Positions 1 through 10,083 of a DNA stretch of 64,000 nucleotides are shown piece after piece; the stretch's first letter is position 1, and each line of letters begins with the position of its first letter. A model generated the notes under the pieces. That model did not search any database. It was not told where the DNA came from and saw only the letters and a program-made list of their open reading frames with translations. The DNA is from the human T2T-CHM13v2.0 reference genome, Homo sapiens. The position numbers were made by a program, and so were the translations under genes. The stretch is taken from the NCBI RefSeq assembly GCF_009914755.1, contig NC_060926.1. The stretch is one strand, 5' to 3'.

Positions 1-149
1 CAGTTCAAAGTGTCCCAATATTTTATAAAGACCAGCCTGTGCCATGCACCACATGGGTTTAAATTACCAGGCCAGTGACTGTGAACATAACAAGGTTCCT
101 ACAGCAACAGTTCCTAGACCTAGCTATACATTAACACGTGAGAAGCTTT

Positions 150-235
150 GGGGAAGTGCCTCATCTCAGAACCTATGGAATCAGAATCTCTGGAAGTGGG
201 CCCAGGGCTACAACTGAGAAGCTTCTCAGAGTCAG
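150..235. mobile_element. MER5-family (hAT-Charlie) fragment
   Basis: aatcagaatctctggaagtgggcccagg resembles the MER5A core; short and diverged. Confidence 0.55.
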
Positions 236-596
236 AAAGCATCAGAAAATGTTGGATCAGTGGTTTTGGTCACATGGTTGCCTCACTGGCCCCAGATTTC
301 CCATCTACAAGAAGAAATAAAAACAACTTCCCCACAATAAGTTAGATACTGCCAGAACACCCTGAGCTCATCTGAAGAAAGTTACCACCCAAATACAGGG
401 TTTGTTGTTGATGTTATTCTGCTCAAGGAACACAGTTGCTTGTAGACCACTTTGAGTTGCTACAGAAGCCTACTTTCCTTTGGAAATAAACCTTTGAAGC
501 TGTTCAGTATCCACCTGCAGTGAAAAACATGCAAAATGGGGCTTCTTCCAAGGACATTTACTCTGAAAGTGGCCTTCAAGGCAACTGGGTTTTGAA

Positions 597-626
597 GTGT
601 GTGTGTGTGTGTGTGCGTATGTGTGC
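597..626. repeat. (TG)n microsatellite
   Basis: Direct reading of the sequence. Confidence 0.95.
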
Positions 627-2294
627 ATGGTAGAGAGTCAGTCTCATATCCATGGCTTGCTGTTTTTTGGCATTTGTGCGCATTATCCTAGGAACTGGCC
701 TGACATTCTCTGGTAGCACAGGCTCTTATCACAGAAGCTCACCCACAAATTATAGCCCTGAGAAGCCACTAGTAGCATCTAAATGTTTCCCAAAACACAG
801 AAAGGAAATACACGAATATGTTGATTATGGATATTGCTGGATAGTGGGATTTCAGGTAATTCAATGCTTTTCTCTTTATAGTTTTATGTTGTTTACATTC
901 TTTTACAATGGTCATACATTATGTATAATCAGAAAATAATGTGTTGGGGTTTTGTTACTACAAGTGGGAGGAGGTAGCAGGAGGAGATAGGTAGTATCAG
1001 AACCCAGACAGAGCAGCATGAAGAAAGCTGGATCTAACAAGCTTGTGAGGGCGGGGTGTGGGGGCACAATGGCAGAGCCTGTTTGGGAGTTAGAGACACT
1101 GCTGGAGATGCTACCTGATGCAGAGAGTTGGCAGAGTAGCCAGTATCTCCCCTCCTCCCTCTATGCAATTTCCTGCCTGTGCATCTCTATGGCTGACCCT
1201 GACTATGCAGGGCAGAGGCTGAGAACAAGGAATCAATCTGAGAGCAAACAGAGAAATGACTGGCACCATCACTTTTCATAATTATTTTCCATCTTATCTT
1301 TTGATGTTTGGGAGCATGGGGAGAGATAAGCCCACACTCTCCTACAGCACTCCTGGCACCATGACACCAAAAAGAGAATGCATTTTTAAAGCACTGTGAA
1401 AAGCACCTAGCTAGATTGCATAAGTTCATTTTTTTTAAGGAAAGGCCCTAAGGCACCAAAACCAGAGTGGGAGGAAGGAATACAATTCACAAAATGAACT
1501 GTATTGCTCATTGGAAATGTCTTCTACACAGGTTTAGATATTTAGGCCTATTCATAAAATTTATAAACAGATGGATAAGGTTTCATCACTTATTTGCAAG
1601 AGGTAGAAAATAGTTTTTCTAGCCTAGGTTTTCTAGGTAAGTCAAAACAAGGCTAGGTTTTCTAGGTAAGTCACCCCTTTCCTCATCTTCTTTGTTCTAT
1701 GTGTAACCAGGCACAGCTCTGAACCATGGTGACTCCATTGCAACAGCAACAACAATAATAATCCACTTGAAAATGAGAGAAACAAATACTCACCAAACCA
1801 CCTAAGAATGTGCAGACTTTTTGTGGTTATACTAGTTCTGGAAGACAAGCATCATCTACTCCTCCAGTACCTAGTCATGCACTTCACGTTTTAAACAACA
1901 TTAGATTCGATCGTGGTTTATGGAATATCCTGTAAGTATGGGTTAACTAGGTTTCCGTTTTAATTCTCTTTATACACACCTCCCATTCATTTATTAGAAT
2001 ATTTAAAACTGCAGTCTTTGCTAAAAGCCAGTCCACAAACACAATAAAAATTTTCATTAAAATATTTAAAACCCAGAACAGCAGCAATAACATCAAAACT
2101 AAATGCTAGCAGCCTGCAATGGCAAATCTCAAGTGGCCTTTCCACTGTGTGGCCCTGTCAAAAGAGCCAGCGTTTCACACTTTGTCCTAAAAGCTATGAA
2201 GCCCAGATTTTTGAAGGCCAGGGAAGGTAAGCAGAGCCCTTCATGCCCTTCCCTCTTTCTCTTTATAATGAACAGTTAGATGATTGCTAGATTA

Positions 2295-2350
2295 GATGGA
2301 TGGATGGATGGATGGATGGATGGATGGATGGATGGATGGATGGATGCATG

Positions 2351-2412
<62 letters not shown>
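2295..2412. repeat. Compound tetranucleotide microsatellite (GATG)n(GATA)n(GACA)n
   Basis: Three adjacent tetramer runs, seen directly. Confidence 0.97.
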
Positions 2413-2875
2413 ATTACTGCATGGAGTCGAGCCAGCTATAAATGTGCTTAGCAAACTACAACACCCTAACTATGAATGACTGAAAAGGATCAGGAACTGT
2501 TGCTACCCCCAGGAAGGGCAGAGGATCAACTTACGACCAGCAGATAGAGGCACTTATATACCCTGCCATCTAGCAAACCCATAAAAATAAGAAATAAGTG
2601 ACTACTATGCACCAGACATAATTACATTTCCCAAACAGAACCCAGGAAACAACCCAAAAAATGGTGTGATGTACAGACCAGAATATCTGAAATGAGGACT
2701 GCCCTGGAAACATCGGCCTTGAGGTTTATGGGACAGGCCCAGGGAACCGCCAGGGCATGAATGTGTGGCTTTCTTCCAGGATTCTGTCTGTAAGACCTAC
2801 CCACATAGGCCCTTTTTCAGAAAGTTCTGGAATTGTCTGAAATCCCTTTAAGAGGGGCAGAGTTCCACAACTGGC

Positions 2876-2899
2876 AAAAAAAAAAAAAAAAAAAAAAAA
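2876..2899. repeat. poly(A) tract
   Basis: Run of about 24 A. Confidence 0.95.
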
Positions 2900-3569
2900 C
2901 CTCAAATTGCAAACACACCTGGGAAAGGTAATGTTACCTTGATTTCACACAAGTTCTAAATGGCTGCTTTCTTGAAAGTGGTTTCAGTGTAAGGGTGAGG
3001 ATTGAGTGATAACAGGGAGGAGATACAAGACAACAATCTTGTGTACCTGAGAAGTTGTCCTGTGGAAGAAGAAAATAAGGTCAAAAAGGAACACCTGAAA
3101 TAACCTCAGTTATGCCAGTTTAGCCCAGGGAAGAACTTCTGTAGCTCATTTTTACACCCCCCTACACACAACAAATACATCATAGCACCTGTCTCAAAAA
3201 CCTCACTCCAGCTTGGCTTAGGCTCATGGTCACTCCCCCAGATGGAGGTCAGAGCATGGAGGTCAGAGCAGACTCTGGAGCATGGTGTCATGAGCTCGCC
3301 TCAGTAGCAGCAAGCTGCCTGTTCTGCAGCCAGGAAGAGAGTATCACCAACATGAAATGCAGAAGGCTGCAGAGGGAAGGGGTCACATTCTGAGGAAAAG
3401 AATGAGAAACTCACATTCCTTTAGAATATGTTAGTTTTTTGTTTTTGTTTTTTTTTAAGATCTTGTTTCCTGTTTGTTTTGGGGGTCTGGTGATTCCAGC
3501 TCTACAATGCACTTGTTAGTTGTTTTGTAATAGAGTCCCTATTTTCTCATAATAACCAAGTATTATTTA

Positions 3570-3705
3570 ATACTACCAGCAATCCTGGAAGGCAAATACT
3601 ATCATTGCATATTAGAGATAGGGGGACTGAGGTTTAGCAAAGTTACAGGGCTTGCCCAAGGTAACAAAGCTAATGGCGGGTACTAGAACTGCAGTCCAGG
3701 TCTGC
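3570..3705 (-). mobile_element. MIR SINE
   Basis: actgaggtttagcaaagttacagggcttgcccaaggtaacaaagct is the reverse MIR core. Confidence 0.8.
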
Positions 3706-4419
3706 CTCCTCTTTTGAAACTCTGAGTCCCTGAGAGCAACACTATCAGGATATAAATCTATCCATATTTCAACATACTTAAAAATAGTTTCCTTATCAAC
3801 ACATATTCTGCAAACAAACATATTAATTCACAGAATGTTTTTACGTTGTTTTACGTAGTTTCTCTCCCTCTGCTCTTGTTGGATAACTTTCTTTCACTTT
3901 CTCTCCCTCCCTACCATTTTGTACACTCACTCCCTTCTCTTCACCCTCCACCCTTTTCTTTCCCACCTCTCCCTGATATTTCTTCACCCTCTTTGCATTA
4001 CTGAATGTTCTCAAAGCAAAGATAATTAAGCTAAATTGGTTGAACTTAACAAAAACAACTTCGAAACCTTTCTCATGCAGCGGTTCCTCATCTCAACCAC
4101 AGAACATAGAGGGATCATTTTCCAAATCTTCCCAAAATGGTACGTTGATTGTATTATTCTAAAAGCATACACGAAAGGTTCATTCGTTAAATACAGTGGA
4201 CACTTAACTCTGCTGAAGATCCCTCAGAAAAATATATTCCCGTACCTAGAAAGTTAGTGAGAAATTTAAAGAAAATTATGGTTTTTACCATTCATAATCA
4301 TATAATATAGGAGTAGTGAGAAATCAAACTAGTCATAGGTAATTCCAGCAAAAATATAGAAAGTGAAAACAATGGTTAAATTTAGGAATAAACCCAAGTA
4401 GTAAGGGAATTCTGTCATT

Positions 4420-4752
4420 CTCATAAATCAATTTTTTGATATTTACACACACTGCCTGGGCTATTGTTTACTTAATATTTTTCTATAAGTATTTACATTT
4501 TTTTCTACCTAAATTTATTATAAAACAAACCTTATATCATTATGAAAAATGGACAACTAGCATGCTTTACACCAAAAACTAAACAATTAAAGACATATCA
4601 ATACCCAAATAAGGCTATCCCCATTAAATAATCAGAAAAAAAAATGTAGAGAGAATTGGAAAATGAATAACTTTCTATGTGATGGGTCCCAGCCCCACCT
4701 AAAATCATCTTGACCATCACCAAAGCTACTCCTATCCCTGTGGGAAACCCTA
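4420..4752. mobile_element. MER113-like hAT-Charlie DNA transposon fossil
   Basis: ctattgtttacttaatatttttct, gagagaattggaaaatgaataactttc and cacctaaaatcatcttg...tgggaaacc match recalled MER113 segments. Confidence 0.6.
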
Positions 4753-4764
4753 CATTTAAAAAAA

Positions 4765-4860
4765 ATCAGTCAACAAATGTTTACTGAGCCCAGGAATGTT
4801 CATTGCACTGTACTTGGAATTACAAAGTCTCTTTGAATGAAGAGCTGATATTCTAATTTT
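4765..4860 (-). mobile_element. L2 3' end fragment
   Basis: tcaacaaatgtttactgagc...cactgtacttgg is the reverse L2 tail. Confidence 0.6.
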
Positions 4861-5803
4861 AGAAGATCTACTCCACCACAATATGGCAGATGCTCAAAGT
4901 CAACTCCATCTGCCTCTTTAAAGGATACATAAAACCTTGCTACATGGAACACATTTCAAGTCCCTAGGACCCCAGAAAAAGAAAGCAGTTGCCTAGACAA
5001 AACCCAGCTCCACAATAAACAATCAAGTCTTTGTCAACCAAGTGGTATGATAGGAGAGCCTTAAGCAAGGGCAGAAACAGCCCAGGGTGCACATATTTAA
5101 AGATTACGTTCATACAACTTATCAGTCTCCGATGACATGGATCATTTGCATGATCCTCATTATTAACCAAAATTTCTAAAATCCCATCCCAGTACATTTC
5201 TTCTTCATGTTTAAAGACTCTTGTTTTAAGAGCTCCTCTATGAAATGATATCCTAATTGCTATGAAAATAATCAAGCTACCACTTAACACTCTTGTCACA
5301 AGATATTTATTTTTAGCCTCTTACCCTTCGCTATGCTGTAGAAACTTCTACTTCCCCAGTCCGTTATTATTCAAAGATTACACATATTAGAGAAAAACAA
5401 GAAAATGCCCATAAATAAAAAAGTAAAATTTACTCACTCTCCTCACAATTATTCCTATAATAACCAGAAACACAAACACAGGGATCATTATATTTCAGCA
5501 ACTGTCACGGGGACAAAGTAATACCAGACAGCTGCATATGATTTTTTTTAATGTTTTCATTTGTTAAAATATTTTAAACATTGTTTGGATCCTTATACCA
5601 GCTGGCCAGAAATGGATTTCAGTTCACTTTATGTTACAGCTTCTCTAAGGCCACAGAGCCTCAGACTTTTTGAAGTCCCCACATTTAACAGGGTGCACAT
5701 GTGTAAATAAGGAAAGCCAGCTTACAGCTTGGAGATTTGTAGGCCTGGATCTCACTCCCACAATGGCTGAAAAATTCCCAACTTGATTAACTTTCAGAGC
5801 CCA

Positions 5804-5860
5804 TAAAGTACTTTGAGTTCCTCCAAGAAAGACGCTATATAAATACAAAGTATTATTATT
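5804..5860 (+). mobile_element. Ancient amniote SINE/L2-type 3' tail (MIR1_Amn/AmnSINE-like)
   Basis: taaagtactttgagttcctccaagaaagacgctatataaatacaaagtattattatt; a similar copy lies at 32982-33030 on the other strand. Confidence 0.55.
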
Positions 5861-6212
5861 AGGTGGCACTGGAATTTATTAACGGTTTAGTTATTCCATC
5901 AGTTTCTTGGCATGTAGATTTTGTTCTGGCTTGCACAAATCCACCTGTAGGGGTAAAACAAAATTCAGCTCCATGACTCAAAAAGCCACTCTCTCTGAGA
6001 CAGTAAAGGAAGCAAAGATGTTCTCATTAGCCCGAAACAGTAACCTTGCAGCCTCATGTCTCAACTACCCATAAGTAAAATCATGCTAAGCCATTCCCAG
6101 AGTCAGCCAAACCATGTTATTCTGTTTTGGATGGCACTTTTGATGAGCCATCACAATTACCTTTCATGATATCATCTACCACAAAAATAAATGCATCCAA
6201 AATATTCTTACA

Positions 6213-6477
6213 TTTTCTTTATTTTTTTCTCAAGGCAGTGTCTCATTCTATCACCCTGGCTGGAGTACAGTGGCACAATCATGGCCCACCACAGCTCCAC
6301 CTCAGCTTCCTGAGTAGCTGGGACTACAGGAGCATGCCCATCTAATTTTTGTATTTTTAGTAGAGATTGGTTTTGCCATGTTGCCTAGGCTGGTCTCGAA
6401 CTCCTGGGCTCAAGTGATCTGTGCGCCTCAGCCTCCCAAAGTGCTGGGATTACAGGTGTGAGCCACCAAGCCCAGCC
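6213..6477 (-). mobile_element. AluJ-type SINE (internally deleted)
   Basis: Reverse Alu with ctcctgggctcaagtgatc (J-type) ending gagccaccaagcccagcc. Confidence 0.93.
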
Positions 6478-6636
6478 ATATTTTCTTAACTTGTTTTCTC
6501 ACTCAATAATTTAGCCAAACATCAGTGCTCTCCCTTTTTAAATATACATTTCTGGATATAATGATTTTTATAAGTTTAGTATCAACTATCAAAATTTCAC
6601 AACTTGTTTGCCAATTATATAAGAAATATATACTGA

Positions 6637-6777
6637 TATACACATGCCATGGTGGTTTGCTGTACCCATCAACCTGTCTTCTACATTAGGCATTTCTCCT
6701 AATGCTACATGTATATCTATGTAACAAACCTGCACATTCTGCACATGTATTCCAGAACTTAAAGTATAATAAAAAAA
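6637..6777 (+). mobile_element. Short L1PA 3' end with 5' inversion (twin priming)
   Basis: 6637-6707 is antisense L1 3'UTR, 6708-6777 is the sense terminus ending cagaacttaaagtataataaaaaaa; near-identical 17-bp flanks at 6621-6637 and 6776-6792. Confidence 0.9.
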
Positions 6778-7080
6778 GAAATATGTATTGATTCTCTGTA
6801 ATGATTTAAAGAAAAACTCATGCTATTCTATGGGTAAGTATTTTAGTAGGTTTTAGAGAGGAAGGAATATGGAATATAAAACACATTCAAAGGATTTAGG
6901 ATTCAACTGAAATTATTAGACATACACACCCTGAAGGATGATTAATGACATAGAGCAGATAGTTGTTTTTTGTGGAGTGAATTATATCAGACATATTAAT
7001 TACAAATGAATGTCCCAGCAGGAAGTCAGAGGAACAAGTGAAACTGAGGAATACGTCACCGAAGTCTAGTTAGAGCTAAA

Positions 7081-7250
7081 CTGGTGGCCCAGGTCTATTA
7101 AAACCACATGGAGAGCTTTGAAATAATTCTGATGCTTGGATCCCACCCTGGATCAATTAAATTAGAACCTCTGGAAGTGGCGCCCACACATAGTATTTTA
7201 AAAAGCTACCTAGGTAATTCTAATATGTAGCCAGGGGTGAAAAACACTGG
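7081..7250. mobile_element. MER5B-like hAT element
   Basis: caattaaattagaacctctggaagtgg...ggtaattctaatatgtagccaggggtgaaaaacactg. Confidence 0.75.
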
Positions 7251-7574
7251 GCAAGACTTAGAAGGATTCATTAGGAAAGAAATGCAGTACAGACAAGAGT
7301 AAAGGGGAGGAGAGGCCCCCCTGTGACTAGGAAGTTGCATTTGGAGAACCGTGAACCAATCCAGGGCGGATGGACGGAGAATTCTGATAAGGTAGCAGTG
7401 AAGAGCAGCATGAGGGAGAAGGGCTGGGGCAACCTACTAAGGGCCTTAAAGTCTAGAACCACAGCTTGACTGATCATCTCTTCCTAGGCCACAGCCATTC
7501 TAAGCCTAAACTCTTCTCCAGATTATAACGCTTTTTAATATTTCAAAAATTGGTTTTTTAATTTAAAAAAATGG

Positions 7575-7862
<288 letters not shown>

Positions 7863-7914
7863 TAAAATATTTTAAAACGACCATCATATTTCTAGAAACT
7901 TCACTTTTTTTTTT

Positions 7915-8315
7915 TTAGGCTAAATCCCTCTCAGTTCAACCATTCCTAAGACACTCAAGTTTTCTTAAAACCTAAAGCCCAGAAAAACTTGGTTTTGAGA
8001 AGTGGTCTCTGCAAGCCTGAGGAGCCCTCCTTCAGCCTTGGTGCTGGACACCTGCCACATAGACACCTCAATGCCTGAGCACTTTGCATTCAGGTCATAT
8101 CACTGCACGTATATAGAGCTTTTAGTCAACAAAAGCCTCTAAATTTGGGTGGATGCTGTTTTGTCTTGCTTTGTTTTGATTTGTTTTGCTTTAATAAACT
8201 GCATAGTTATTCTATGGATATGCAGTCAAAAAAATTTTTTTTAACTGCAGGACTTTGCATTCAGCCCTGTTCTATTTCAGCATATTTGTTTTGGCCCACT
8301 CTCCCAGCCTCCTTC
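7915..8315 (-). mobile_element. L3/CR1 LINE fragment
   Basis: taggctaaatccctctcagttcaaccattcc and tgcaggactttgcattcagccctgtt resemble recalled L3 sequence. Confidence 0.5.
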
Positions 8316-9589
8316 CTTGAAAGTTAATTATGTTTGATTAACATGATCTGAATGTGTCTATTTCCAATTGCCAAAGTGAAGTGTTCATTAGCCCTTCAGT
8401 GAGATGCACAAATTACTCCACCAAACAGTAAAAAACCAATTTGGACCCTTGGGAACAATTTAACTCAATTCCAAGACACTTCCCTGGTATTCCTCCTACC
8501 TAAACAATTTATGTGAAGGAAAGGCAGAAAGGAATCCATGAGCTAAACAAAGAAATAAGGTATCATGAGCCAGGAGTTTCCTACTGACTTTCCATGACCT
8601 TGGATCACTCAAAGGTGATGTGCACTTCCTTCATAGAAGTCTAGAGCCAGAAGGCAATGCAGGCTCTCAACTCTCCCTCTGCCCCTGTGTCTCCACCAAC
8701 ACAGACTGACTTATTTCATTCCAAGATCTCAGACTTTAACCTATTGTTCATTATAAGACTCTTCAAAATTGAATCTATGAGGAAAGTAATTTCTGTTTGG
8801 AAGACGGGTGGAGGAAGGCATTGCCTCCAATTAGCATTCCTTTCCAAAGAGCATCTCCACCCTCGCCTGGACTTAGCTCCGGTCAGGGTCCCCTTTCCTC
8901 CTGTGTAAATCAGAAATTATACTGACCTACTTTCCTCAGCATAGCTAGTAAAAAGTTGTGTGTAGCACTGTCCAGATATAATGTGGCCTATAAACCTTCT
9001 GCAAGTGGCATGGGACAGCCATGTATTTCTAAAGCTTAGGAGCCATATGCCTCCAAAGTGTGCATCTTAATTACAACTAAGAGAATTCCATGTGTTTGCA
9101 AGTAAGAGAGTCTACTTTTTACTTGGCAGGTTCATTTTTCTTAAATAAATTAGATATTCCAATTTGGGTTCTTTTTGTTCTTGTTATTTTCTACTGTTTT
9201 CCTCTGAGAAAGAAAGATGAAAGAAAATACAAAGAGTGGGAGCCTAAGGAATGTCTGAGTTCAGAAATAAACATGAGTCTGAGCTCACTCACATTGATGG
9301 TTGATCTTTCTGTGTGTGAACACATATGCATATGAGAGTATGTTCTCCAGTACATCTATCTGGGAGGAATTGACTCGTTCAACTCTTTGAGCAGTGACAG
9401 CATATGACAGGGAAGGAGAAAGGGAGCTTTGGACACCCAAACAATGAAGACAAAAGGCTGCTTCACATTTCATCAGGAGGAATCGAGATGGTGGAACTGA
9501 CGAGTCACGTGGCACCAAGCACTACATGTTCAAATTCCGCAGTTTCTAAAAGTGTTTGGCATGCTTAATTTTTCCCCTTTGCTGATATT

Positions 9590-9690
9590 AATAATGATAG
9601 CACTTAGCATTTCTAAAACACTTTTCATCTTCAAAGTACTATATGAACATTACCTAATTAACTGACATTAACTAATTATAATTAAACTTG
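9590..9690 (-). mobile_element. Ancient MIR1_Amn/AmnSINE-like tail
   Basis: ataatgatagcacttagcatttctaaaacacttttcatcttcaaagtactatatgaacattacctaatta. Confidence 0.5.
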
Positions 9691-10045
9691 CCCTGGGCTC
9701 ACAAATCAGGAGAACTTTGAGAAGGGAGGGGAAAGGGAGGAGAAAAAAAGAAAAGCTTCCTCACCAGACAGGTTTCCCAAGTTTTCTCAGACTGAATTTT
9801 GATTCGAATTATCACAGATTTTTAAGCAATCCTTGAGATAACCTAATGGGCCTCCCCTGCTTCTCAGTGGTTAAATATTGATGAGAATGATGGTAAACGG
9901 TCTCCAGAAAAGAAATTTGTCATTCTTATACCAACTTCTATTAATAAAAGAATTTAAGTGCCACTTATAGGGATTTCTCTGAAGCAACATGCTCTAAAAT
10001 ATTGACCCAAAGAAATTTCTTTTCCTAAAGCAACCTCCTCACTTT

Positions 10046-10052
10046 ACACACA

Positions 10053-10083
<31 letters not shown>
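10046..10083. repeat. (CA)n microsatellite
   Basis: Direct reading of the sequence. Confidence 0.96.
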
